A DNA stretch of 64,000 bases from Escherichia coli phage AZ21, in the sequence record LC788708.1. The stretch is one strand, 5' to 3'. Positions within the stretch are counted from its first letter, which is position 1. Every line of letters begins with the position of its first letter. This document shows, one piece after another, positions 17,402-25,563 of the stretch. The position numbers and the translations under genes were made by a program. Below the pieces are notes generated by a model that was given only the letters and a program-made list of their open reading frames with translations, was not told where the DNA came from and did not search any database.

Positions 17402-17770
17402 ATGAAAGCATATCAAAGTCTTAAGTCTGGCGTAATTAACCTTGTTCATGATAACCAGATCATTCAGCTATATTCTAAAGATGGTGAACTTAAACAAAAG
17501 GTTCTAGTTGAAGATCTAGAGGGTATCACACCTCATTTTGACCCTGAGGCCTTCCGCATTGTAGATGTAGAAGTGGTTCCTCAAGTCGAGGGTGGTCAGC
17601 ACCTAAATGTCAATGTGTTAAGCCGTGATCAGCTTTTGGATGCACAGAAACATCCTGAAAAATATCCTCAGTTGACCATCCGTGTCTCTGGCTATGCTGT
17701 TCGATTTAACGCATTGACGCGTGAACAACAGAACGACGTTATTAGTCGTACATTTACTCAGGCGATATAA
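17402..17770 (+). CDS. autonomous glycyl-radical cofactor (GrcA/YfiD-like)
   Basis: The C-terminal [36 protein letters not shown] matches the glycyl-radical loop of PflB/GrcA by recall. Confidence 0.85.
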   Translation: MKAYQSLKSGVINLVHDNQIIQLYSKDGELKQKVLVEDLEGITPHFDPEAFRIVDVEVVPQVEGGQHLNVNVLSRDQLLDAQKHPEKYPQLTIRVSGYAVRFNALTREQQNDVISRTFTQAI

Positions 17771-17851
17771 TGGGGTTTGGATACGATTTCTCCCAACTAC
17801 GCAAGGTAGTCGAGCAAACTCCATTTATCTCCCAAGTTTTAGGAGAAATGT

Positions 17852-18151
17852 GTGGATCGAGCATTAAGACGCCATCACCGGCAACGTGTGAAAAACAATC
17901 GCAAGAAGTATTGGACAGTCTTCCCACATGAAGAAAGCCCTAAGAGGTTAGGCATTATCACTACCACTCCTTGCATCTGTTCTTGTTGGATGTGTGGGAA
18001 TCCTCGCAAATACTATAAGAATAGTAAAGCAGGCATGAAAATTTCGGAGATTAAAAAGATGGATGCAATGATTATGGGCATCACCTTTACAGGTGGTATC
18101 TCTGATGAATTCGACGGTTTTGTAACTCAGGATATTGTCGAAATTATCTAA
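17852..18151 (+). CDS. hypothetical basic Cys-rich protein (99 aa)
   Basis: GTG start 6 nt after AGGAG. Contains CICSCWMCGNP. Confidence 0.5.
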   Translation: MDRALRRHHRQRVKNNRKKYWTVFPHEESPKRLGIITTTPCICSCWMCGNPRKYYKNSKAGMKISEIKKMDAMIMGITFTGGISDEFDGFVTQDIVEII

Positions 18152-18161
18152 TTAATAATAA

Positions 18162-18196
18162 ACCCCAGCTATTGAATACGTAGTCTGGGGTTTTCT
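18162..18196 (+). terminator. rho-independent terminator
   Basis: ACCCCAG...CTGGGGT stem plus TTTT. Confidence 0.65.
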
Positions 18197-18215
18197 TGTA
18201 TATAGGATTTTCGAA

Positions 18216-18401
18216 ATGAAAATTTTTAAAGTGAACTATAGCGGCCTGTGGTTAGGTGGTACAGCTATTGTTGTTGCGGAAACTGCGGAAGAAGCAATCG
18301 AACTGGCTAGAAATCATAGAAGTTCTATAGAATTCGAGAATGTGACAGCAGAAGAACTCCCTAGCAGTGGGGTAGTATACAACGATAACGGAGACTACTA
18401 A
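18216..18401 (+). CDS. hypothetical protein (61 aa)
   Basis: AGGA RBS. Confidence 0.5.
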   Translation: MKIFKVNYSGLWLGGTAIVVAETAEEAIELARNHRSSIEFENVTAEELPSSGVVYNDNGDY

Positions 18402-18460
18402 ATGTTATATTTTGAAGTTAGACCACATTAAGTTACTTTAACAGACTTAATGGAGGTATT

Positions 18461-18814
18461 ATGAGCCGTACATATCGTAAACAATCGGGGAATCGTCACT
18501 GGCGTGATGCACATCGTTCTAAATTCAACTTTACTCTTGGGTACAATCGTCGTTTCTTTGCTTTGAAGGAGCCAGCAGTCCCGTATACTAGAGAAGAAGT
18601 TGAAAAGGAATTACAAGACGATATCATTAAATATGAGAAGAAGGATGGTTATAACTGGAATTCCATTAGTAAGAATGTTAAGTGGCACTCTAATAAAATG
18701 GTTCGTCAAGGGAATCGTCAAGAACTTCACCGCGTGATGAAAGATCCAGAAAATTACGACTATAATCGCGATCATGACATGCGTAAGCGTGGGTTATGGT
18801 GGTGCTATGACTAA
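18461..18814 (+). CDS. hypothetical basic protein (117 aa)
   Basis: GGAGG RBS. Confidence 0.6.
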   Translation: MSRTYRKQSGNRHWRDAHRSKFNFTLGYNRRFFALKEPAVPYTREEVEKELQDDIIKYEKKDGYNWNSISKNVKWHSNKMVRQGNRQELHRVMKDPENYDYNRDHDMRKRGLWWCYD

Positions 18815-18831
18815 ATTCTGAAATAATTCAT

Positions 18832-18860
18832 TTGCTAAACCTCTCTTTTCTTGCTATAAT
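18832..18860 (+). promoter_or_regulatory. T5 early-type promoter
   Basis: TTGCTA, 17 nt, TATAAT, TATAAATTGATGAGAGAGG box. Confidence 0.75.
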
Positions 18861-18890
18861 ATGTTTATAAATTGATGAGAGAGGTTTGAA

Positions 18891-19172
18891 ATGAAAACTC
18901 GTCTAGACTGTGCTGTTCATGTTCTTGAGCATGATGTTGCGGGAACCTGTATGTCCTACCATGAAGCAGGTCGTTTAATTAAAGAACGTGTGGCAGATGT
19001 GTGCGGATTGAAGATTACTGCTGAGGAAGCTGATGATCTTTTAGGTCAAGCACTGGAGAAAACCGAAATGTTCCTCTGCGATTCTTGTTCTTGGTGGTGT
19101 GAAGCTCACGAACGTTCTTTCAACGATTATGATGTATGTCGTGATTGTAGTGGGGAGGATGAAGATGAATAA
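18891..19172 (+). CDS. hypothetical Cys-rich acidic protein (93 aa)
   Basis: Has its own promoter and RBS. CDSCSWWC and CRDC motifs. Acidic tail. Confidence 0.6.
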   Translation: MKTRLDCAVHVLEHDVAGTCMSYHEAGRLIKERVADVCGLKITAEEADDLLGQALEKTEMFLCDSCSWWCEAHERSFNDYDVCRDCSGEDEDE

Positions 19173-19464
19173 GTTTATTATTGCACTGATGATCTCCGCA
19201 GTTAGTTTCGGTTCTCTGGCGTCTACCAAAGTTTCTATGAAAAATGGTAATGTTAAAGTCCAACAGAACGGTATTATTACCGAGTATGGTAAAGTTCGCG
19301 ATGTTAAAGAACGTAATGGTAAAGTAGAAATCTATACTAATAAAAACTTCTCTACTCCAGCCGTTACTATTGGCAAACGTGGTGAAATAACCACTCAACG
19401 TACTAATAGTTCCAGCTCTTTTACTTGTCGTTATGATTGCGACTTTGAAGGTGAAGATGAATAA
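19165..19464 (+). CDS. secreted protein (99 aa)
   Basis: ATG 19165 overlaps the upstream stop. Signal peptide MNKFIIALMISAVSFGSLA. Confidence 0.6.
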   Translation: MNKFIIALMISAVSFGSLASTKVSMKNGNVKVQQNGIITEYGKVRDVKERNGKVEIYTNKNFSTPAVTIGKRGEITTQRTNSSSSFTCRYDCDFEGEDE

Positions 19465-19852
19465 TTTAGACCCTAGAATTAAATTTGCAATTACAGAAAT
19501 CCAAGATCAAATTGATGAGGACTTCACTGTTTGGTCAAGGTCTGGTAATGGGGAATATTGCCAGCTTTATAGCATGAAAATGGGTATCTCAATTGAGCTT
19601 AATATCAACTCTGAAGGCAGAGTAGAAGCCCAACCCATGTTCAGTGTTCCAGGCTTCTCTGGATTTGTTGCAGGTATAAAATTGTGTCTACCAAATAACC
19701 ATCTTCATCGAATTATTTGTCAGCTAGAGACTATTAAGCATTTCTTGCCAGAAGATAACATTAATGACTACTACCACGAAGTTGTAGCAGCTCATATGAT
19801 GAAAGAATCTAAACGTCGGAGAGAAGAACGTGAAAAGACTAAACATCAATAG
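19457..19852 (+). CDS. hypothetical protein (131 aa)
   Basis: ATG 19457 lies in the same GAAGATGAATAA junction motif as the previous gene pair. Confidence 0.6.
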   Translation: MNNLDPRIKFAITEIQDQIDEDFTVWSRSGNGEYCQLYSMKMGISIELNINSEGRVEAQPMFSVPGFSGFVAGIKLCLPNNHLHRIICQLETIKHFLPEDNINDYYHEVVAAHMMKESKRRREEREKTKHQ

Positions 19853-20126
19853 CACAGTGCAGATTCCAGCAACTAAGGATGTTTTAACATTCCTACGGAG
19901 TGAAAACGCTCAGTTTTGGCATGATCATGTTGTAAAGAACGGTAGTATTCCAGATGTAGTTGCCTTTGCCAAAAAACGTATTGAAGAATATAAAGATCCA
20001 GAGATTAAAGATGGGATGATCACTATACAATTGTGGGTAGCCATGAATACGTTTGGGCCTACTATGAGTCTAGGAGTTACTCCACTGTTTACTAATATTC
20101 TAATTAAGGAAAAGGATCTGAAATGA
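19830..20126 (+). CDS. hypothetical protein (98 aa)
   Basis: GTG start after GGAGAGAAG. Overlaps the upstream end. Confidence 0.55.
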   Translation: MKRLNINSTVQIPATKDVLTFLRSENAQFWHDHVVKNGSIPDVVAFAKKRIEEYKDPEIKDGMITIQLWVAMNTFGPTMSLGVTPLFTNILIKEKDLK

Positions 20127-20407
20127 TTATCTCTCCATTTGCTCTTTGGTTCGTCATTGGATCTATAGTAGCTATTTACAGCTTGGTTGATGATCTGTAT
20201 ATTTCTAAGAATAAAGATGTAATATTATACGTTATACATAAAACTCGACCGTTAGATCTGCCTCCTCTTGATGATAAAACATTACTCAGATGTGCTAGAT
20301 CTATGATATTTGTTGTGGATATTCTTCTAGGCCCAACATCTGTGTTTTTCTTTTATAGAAAGACTCGTAATATGAAAAAATTTAAAGCTGAAATGCAGAA
20401 TACCTAA
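20123..20407 (+). CDS. 2-TM membrane protein (94 aa)
   Basis: ATGA coupling. N-terminal and C-proximal hydrophobic helices. Confidence 0.6.
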   Translation: MIISPFALWFVIGSIVAIYSLVDDLYISKNKDVILYVIHKTRPLDLPPLDDKTLLRCARSMIFVVDILLGPTSVFFFYRKTRNMKKFKAEMQNT

Positions 20408-20517
20408 AGAACTCGCGTAGGACCGAGTTGCGTCACCTGCAACTGTTACGGATAAGGGAGTCGTGCCCCTTAGTGCGGTAAGTGGTGAGGTGGCTGCTAG
20501 CCATAACTGGAGATAAT

Positions 20518-20862
20518 ATGACTATATTACTAATTCTTGTTACAACTTGGTTTTTAATAGGTGCTGGATACGCAATAGCTATTATTAGACATTTGGACGA
20601 ATACTCTGCTGAATGGTTTGTTAAATATCTACGTATTGATGATCAAGAACAGAAGTTTAAAGATGAAAAGCAGAAAAAAGCAGTAAATAATATGACAGCC
20701 AAAGAATGCTTGTTCTACATGCGTATTGTAGGGTTCTTTGGACTATTAGTTGCTGGCCCAATTGGTTCTACCATTGCTCCCTATAAAGAAACAGTTGCTG
20801 ACATCAAATTGTGGAGAAATGCAGGGGTACTACGCAAAGCTAGAGAAACTAATATTACATAA
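20518..20862 (+). CDS. 2-TM membrane protein (114 aa)
   Basis: ATG 20518 after a CTGGAG RBS. Same architecture as the preceding gene. Confidence 0.6.
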   Translation: MTILLILVTTWFLIGAGYAIAIIRHLDEYSAEWFVKYLRIDDQEQKFKDEKQKKAVNNMTAKECLFYMRIVGFFGLLVAGPIGSTIAPYKETVADIKLWRNAGVLRKARETNIT

Positions 20863-20956
20863 GATTGATACTAAATCAACTTACTAGCAAAAGCAAATAA
20901 TGACAAAGTCCAGCCTGCACTTTTGCGACTGGGCTATTTTTATAATAAAATTTTAG

Positions 20957-20985
20957 TTGCTTAGATGCCCAAACTTTTGTATAAT
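20957..20985 (+). promoter_or_regulatory. T5 early-type promoter
   Basis: TTGCTT, 17 nt, TATAAT. Confidence 0.75.
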
Positions 20986-21016
20986 ATGTTTATAGATTGA
21001 GGCAAGAGGATTAAAT

Positions 21017-21715
21017 ATGAGGATTATTTCTAAGTTCGCCGATGTGTATGATTTGCAGAACAGTTTGTTCGACCCAGATCGTGTTTGGGAACGTAAAACT
21101 GAAGAGTTGCTGGTTAAAGTAACCGATGATGCAGAAAAGAACATTGTGCATACTCGCCAGGTATTTCGTGATGGTTCGCTATCTTTCCGTGGTGATTTCG
21201 AATATTTTGTAAACCCACTATTTGTTGCAGGTGAAGTTTACTGGTTACACGAGCTGTACTGCTGGCATCCAGCATTTAGCTTCAAAACGTTTAATCTCGA
21301 CACTATGTTCGATAAAATGGAAGAGATGGGATTACATGCTCGCTCTTACTTAATGGATAAGAGTCGTGGAGATGTTCGTGAAACAGTACGTGATTTGCTC
21401 TCTGAAGCAAAACCTAAAGCAGAACGTATCTTATCCGAACTGCGTGTACCGATTGCATATGTGAAAGGTATTAAGAAGAACGATAACGATGATGTTCGTA
21501 ACTTCGTGATTCAGACTAACATTCGTTTCCATCAGTCAGGTATTCCGTGGCAGGAAATTGAAAGTAACTTATACCGTTTACACCAAGTTCTCGAACAGTA
21601 TATCTTCGGTGTACTAGGAACTGGTGAGCCTGATATGATTAAAGTATCAGATAAAGACAGGTTAGCAGCGCATGGATTTGATACAAAAACTTCTTTCAGG
21701 AATATGGCACGGTAA
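21017..21715 (+). CDS. hypothetical protein (232 aa)
   Basis: Has its own promoter and RBS. Long clean ORF. Confidence 0.7.
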   Translation: MRIISKFADVYDLQNSLFDPDRVWERKTEELLVKVTDDAEKNIVHTRQVFRDGSLSFRGDFEYFVNPLFVAGEVYWLHELYCWHPAFSFKTFNLDTMFDKMEEMGLHARSYLMDKSRGDVRETVRDLLSEAKPKAERILSELRVPIAYVKGIKKNDNDDVRNFVIQTNIRFHQSGIPWQEIESNLYRLHQVLEQYIFGVLGTGEPDMIKVSDKDRLAAHGFDTKTSFRNMAR

Positions 21716-22121
21716 GTGGTATATCCTGGGAGCAGGTCTAGCGATAGGCATCGGGTTCGGTGCTTATCACTTAGTAGATAAAGTGGAGACTTTAGCAGGA
21801 GATCTTGCGGTAGCTACTAAAAAGATTTCTTCTCTAGAAACTTCCCTTAATAAGGTGAAAGCTGAAAGTGAACTTCGGGAGACTCGGATGAATCAGTATT
21901 TCACGATGAATAATACTTCTCAAGCAGATCTAGACAAAAAGATTAAGCAGTTAGATAAAGCTCTTAGTCGACAAGATATTATAGCTGCAAAGCCTGGATT
22001 GGTAACATTAATTGCTAAAAAGCAGAGTAAAGAGTTCGAGGAAAGATTAGCGTGTTTAACTGGAAACTTGGAATACTGCTCGCAGCCGCAATCACAATCA
22101 CAGGCTGTGCAGAAGAAATAA
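21672..22121 (+). CDS. i-spanin (Rz-like)
   Basis: N-terminal TM WYILGAGLAIGIGFGAY followed by a coiled coil. Its 3' end is overlapped by a lipoprotein ORF. Confidence 0.65.
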   Translation: MDLIQKLLSGIWHGKWYILGAGLAIGIGFGAYHLVDKVETLAGDLAVATKKISSLETSLNKVKAESELRETRMNQYFTMNNTSQADLDKKIKQLDKALSRQDIIAAKPGLVTLIAKKQSKEFEERLACLTGNLEYCSQPQSQSQAVQKK

Positions 22122-22405
22122 AACCAGAGCCATCTCATGAGTTAAAGCAAGCTCATGTAGACTGGCCTAAAGGACTTCAACCTTGTAGCTTTGACTTTAA
22201 GTTTGAAAAGAAATTAGCTACAAATGGAGAAGATGGCGTAGTAGTTGTTGTACCATACAAAGATTGGAATGCAAAAGCAAAATGTGAGGAAGCAGTTTAC
22301 TCTTACATTTCACGACTGACTGGTATGGTTTGCTTCTATCGCCAAGATTTACAAGAAAAACGTTGCTTAGTTTACTATCCACCAATTAACAATAGGAAAG
22401 ATTAA
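22052..22405 (+). CDS. o-spanin lipoprotein (Rz1-like)
   Basis: Lipobox ITITGC after a hydrophobic leader. Overlaps the i-spanin 3' end in another frame. GTG start. Confidence 0.65.
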   Translation: MFNWKLGILLAAAITITGCAEEIKPEPSHELKQAHVDWPKGLQPCSFDFKFEKKLATNGEDGVVVVVPYKDWNAKAKCEEAVYSYISRLTGMVCFYRQDLQEKRCLVYYPPINNRKD

Positions 22406-23157
22406 TGTCAGTATTAGTCGGTTTACATGGTGAAGCTGGTTCGGGAAAAGATACCGTTGCAAAATTAATTATCGATTGGTGTAATGACACGTATCCAACG
22501 TGTTTATCCCGTCGTTATAGTTTTGCTAAGCCCGTTTATGAACTTGCATCCGTAATCCTCGGTGTAACTCCGGAGTTTCTAGGAGAGCGCAGGGGAAAAG
22601 AGATTGACCAATGGTTTACTGTCACACAATCTCAATTGGAGCGAGCCAGAGATGTGTGGTTTAAGTACGGTATCGATAAGTTTGAAGACTTCTCGTACAT
22701 TTGGCCTATTTTTGAGGAAAAGTATCTTAATCCTCAACAACTTATCTCAGAGAATAAAGAAGACGGATTTTATAGTTTATTTATTTCTCCGAGAAAAATG
22801 TTACAGCTCGTAGGGACAGAGCTAGGAAGGCAGCTGGTGCATGAACGCATTTGGCTCATAATTCTGGAGCAATCCATCGCTAAAGACGACCCAGATGTCG
22901 CCGTAATAACAGATGTTAGATTCCCCAATGAAGGAGAGTTACTCAGAGAAACAAACCATTTAGATATGGATTCTTTGATAGTAAATGTAGTACCCGCTGA
23001 GCAGAAGTTCACTATTAAATCAGATCATCCATCTGAAAGTGGTATTCCTGCAAAATATATTACTCACGAATTAGTTAATAAATTCGATGGTATCAATAAC
23101 CTTAAACTAGAAGTTTATAACTTCTGTGACTTAGAGCTAGAACCACTAGTTGGATAA
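22405..23157 (+). CDS. dnk: deoxynucleoside monophosphate kinase
   Basis: 250 aa. P-loop GEAGSGKDT. Size and position match the T5 dNMP kinase by recall. Confidence 0.75.
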   Translation: MSVLVGLHGEAGSGKDTVAKLIIDWCNDTYPTCLSRRYSFAKPVYELASVILGVTPEFLGERRGKEIDQWFTVTQSQLERARDVWFKYGIDKFEDFSYIWPIFEEKYLNPQQLISENKEDGFYSLFISPRKMLQLVGTELGRQLVHERIWLIILEQSIAKDDPDVAVITDVRFPNEGELLRETNHLDMDSLIVNVVPAEQKFTIKSDHPSESGIPAKYITHELVNKFDGINNLKLEVYNFCDLELEPLVG

Positions 23158-23169
23158 TCAAGGATCGCT

Positions 23170-23769
23170 ATGACTAATAAAAAAGAAGAAAAGACTAACC
23201 TGTTTCACTCCATTCGCCAATCTAACGAGTATACCTTTTTCTTTGATGAAGAATTAGGCCCGCCTGATGAATACCGTGATTTATCAATGGTACTTATGCA
23301 GGCAAATGAGGACGACGAAATTAATCTGATGATTAATGGCCCAGGTGGTTATGTTGATACTGCTGCACAGTTAGCTAACTTAATTGCTAATTGCCGTGGA
23401 ACAGTTATAGGGCATCTGATTGGTCCTAGTGCTTCTGCTTACTGCACAATTTTCCTATCCTGTCATGGATGGGTAGTACATCCACATGCTACGTTAATGG
23501 GACACACGTTCTCTGGCGGATTCTGTGAGAAAGGTCAGGAAATCAAGAAAGCCTATGAATCTTACAACAAGTTTGTAGAAGATATGATGCTAGATGTCTA
23601 CTATCCCTTTTTCTCAATAGATGAAATCGACGAGATGGTAAAAGACAACAAAAATATCTATCTAGATAGCAAGGAAATCCATAAGCGTATTGAAATCTTG
23701 GCGAAATATCGATCTGAGCAATATAATAAAGCCCAGTTACCTCAATCCGAGGAGTACAACGAAGAGTAA
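23170..23769 (+). CDS. ClpP/NfeD-class serine protease-like protein
   Basis: INLMINGPGGYVDTAAQLANLI resembles the ClpP family INSPGG motif. Confidence 0.6.
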   Translation: MTNKKEEKTNLFHSIRQSNEYTFFFDEELGPPDEYRDLSMVLMQANEDDEINLMINGPGGYVDTAAQLANLIANCRGTVIGHLIGPSASAYCTIFLSCHGWVVHPHATLMGHTFSGGFCEKGQEIKKAYESYNKFVEDMMLDVYYPFFSIDEIDEMVKDNKNIYLDSKEIHKRIEILAKYRSEQYNKAQLPQSEEYNEE

Positions 23770-23777
23770 GTAATTTT

Positions 23778-23810
23778 AAGCCAGGGTTTAACGACCCTGG
23801 CTTTTCTTTT
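23778..23810 (+). terminator. rho-independent terminator
   Basis: AAGCCAGGG...CCCTGGCTT stem plus a T-rich tail. Confidence 0.75.
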
Positions 23811-23872
23811 ATCTAAAATTCTTCTTGACAACGACAAAATTTTGTGCTCCAAAGAAAATCTTTAAAAACACA

Positions 23873-23901
23873 TTGTAATTTTCCTCCAAAATTAGTATAA
23901 T
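23873..23901 (+). promoter_or_regulatory. promoter of the lysis cassette
   Basis: TTGTAA, 17 nt, TATAAT. An isolated TTGACA sits at 23825. Confidence 0.55.
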
Positions 23902-23925
23902 GGTACTGGTTAGAGGAGGTTACAA

Positions 23926-24582
23926 TTGGAAAAGTTCTTACAATTATTAACGGTACTGCTCCAAGAAGCGAAAGATCCAGCATCGCTTCTTAAACGTCTG
24001 CTAACTATCTTAGTTGCTGTCATTATTTTCTTATTTGTTAGTAATACTAGCGAGGTGATGTCATTCTTAAAGACTTTCTCCACGTCTGCGGTTCTACAGG
24101 ATGTTCAAACTCAAAGGATAGATAACTTTCCTAATGTAGCTAGAGAAAAGAGCATGGTACTCTTTTCTCAAACGGGTGCGGATGCTGTTTTTGTAGTCAA
24201 GTATAAACCCGATGCCATTAATGATTATTCTAACATTATTGCATGGGAAAGCAATGCGCAATTAGATAGGGCTGACTTGGCCGATAAAGCAGTAAATAAA
24301 ACGTCTGAGCTATACAGACGTCACTTAGAGGGCTTTAACTACGCATCGGATTTAAGTGTAAGAGTAAATAAATATACGGGGTTAAATATACCTGCGTTTA
24401 AGAACGTTACTTTTAATTACATATACACTTGTCCATATTTCAATCTAAACAATATCTATGCTGGATATATTGGTATTGCTTGGAAAGATAATCCTGTAGA
24501 TGCAGCCGATTCTGAGAGATTTAAGGAATATTTAACAAAGCTCTGTTCTCCACAACAGAGATCTTTAGGTAGATCAATATGA
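23926..24582 (+). CDS. holin (T5 type)
   Basis: 218 aa. TTG start after GAGGAGG. N-proximal TM. Immediately precedes and overlaps the endolysin. Confidence 0.7.
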   Translation: MEKFLQLLTVLLQEAKDPASLLKRLLTILVAVIIFLFVSNTSEVMSFLKTFSTSAVLQDVQTQRIDNFPNVAREKSMVLFSQTGADAVFVVKYKPDAINDYSNIIAWESNAQLDRADLADKAVNKTSELYRRHLEGFNYASDLSVRVNKYTGLNIPAFKNVTFNYIYTCPYFNLNNIYAGYIGIAWKDNPVDAADSERFKEYLTKLCSPQQRSLGRSI

Positions 24583-24992
24583 GTTTTAAATTTGGTAAAA
24601 ATAGCGAAAAACAATTAGCTACCGTTAAGCCAGAGCTACAAAAAGTAGCTCGTAGAGCGTTAGAATTATCCCCATATGATTTCACAATCGTACAGGGTAT
24701 TCGTACAGTAGCACAAAGTGCCCAGAATATTGCTAATGGTACTTCATTTTTAAAAGATCCTAGTAAAAGCAAGCATATTACTGGGGATGCGCTTGATTTT
24801 GCTCCATATATTAATGGCAAAATTGATTGGAATGACTTAGAAGCATTTTGGGCGGTTAAAAAGGCTTTTGAACAAGCGGGTAAAGAACTAGGTATTAAAC
24901 TTCGTTTTGGTGCTGATTGGAATAATTCTGGAGACTATCACGATGAAATAAAACGTGGTACCTATGATGGCGGTCATGTCGAACTAGTTTAA
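24579..24992 (+). CDS. lys: endolysin, L-alanyl-D-glutamate peptidase (T5 Lys type)
   Basis: 137 aa. By recall the sequence is essentially that of T5 endolysin (MSFKFGKNSEKQL...HITGDA.DF...GGHVELV metal ligands). Confidence 0.88.
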   Translation: MSFKFGKNSEKQLATVKPELQKVARRALELSPYDFTIVQGIRTVAQSAQNIANGTSFLKDPSKSKHITGDALDFAPYINGKIDWNDLEAFWAVKKAFEQAGKELGIKLRFGADWNNSGDYHDEIKRGTYDGGHVELV

Positions 24993-25003
24993 TTAATAAT
25001 TGA

Positions 25004-25026
25004 GGCGGGAATATTCCCGCCTTTTT
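25004..25026 (+). terminator. rho-independent terminator
   Basis: Perfect palindrome GGCGGGAAT/ATTCCCGCC plus TTTTT. Confidence 0.8.
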
Positions 25027-25069
25027 AGGCAAAGGGGGCTTTAATAATTTTTGAAGATAGGAGAAAGCC

Positions 25070-25486
25070 ATGTTTGCAGAACTATTCACTATGATGCTGC
25101 TAAGTATCTGGAAAATAAGTCTAGTAGTATTCGTTTTAATGATAGTCTTTACTATCCTTGCATTAACTACCCGAAATAGCTTATTAATAAAGGTTATTCA
25201 CGGACTAGAGTATATAATTATGGGTTCATTCGGCGTTTGTAAATGCAATTGCCATAGAGATACGAAATATTGTTGGTTATGGATGGAACTAGAGAATCCT
25301 ATATCCATAGCTTTGGCTGTTTCATTCGGCATGATTCTTATGGCCCTTACTCTAGCATTAATACCTTTGATGTTAGCTGGGGGAGTTACAGCGTATTTCA
25401 CCCTTTTCTCCCCGATACTTATGTACTCAATTTACCCGATAACTATGTATCTAGTTAGGAAAAGATTTATCCATGCAGTAGATTAA
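25070..25486 (+). CDS. multi-pass membrane protein (138 aa)
   Basis: AGGAG RBS. About 4 hydrophobic helices. Confidence 0.6.
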   Translation: MFAELFTMMLLSIWKISLVVFVLMIVFTILALTTRNSLLIKVIHGLEYIIMGSFGVCKCNCHRDTKYCWLWMELENPISIALAVSFGMILMALTLALIPLMLAGGVTAYFTLFSPILMYSIYPITMYLVRKRFIHAVD

Positions 25487-25499
25487 GATAAAAAAGTAG

Positions 25500-25528
25500 T
25501 TGACTTTTAGCCCTACTTATTATATAAT
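25500..25528 (+). promoter_or_regulatory. T5 early-type promoter
   Basis: TTGACT, 17 nt, TATAAT, CATAAATTAG box. Confidence 0.75.
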
Positions 25529-25563
25529 ATATACATAAATTAGTTAAGAGAGGTATATATATT

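Noticed and set aside
17149-17424. ORFs 17149-17424 (+) and 17187-17411 (-)
   Set aside because: They begin inside the tRNA (CAT) gene and run through the structured leader. They have no RBS.
17771-17851. Possible tRNA between the GrcA-like gene and the next ORF
   Set aside because: No T-loop or acceptor pairing could be folded. Only a direct repeat T(T/A)TCTCCCAA is present.
22604-23012. Overprinted ORFs within the dNMP kinase gene (22604-22813 plus, 22770-23012 minus)
   Set aside because: They have no start context and lie inside a well-supported P-loop kinase gene.
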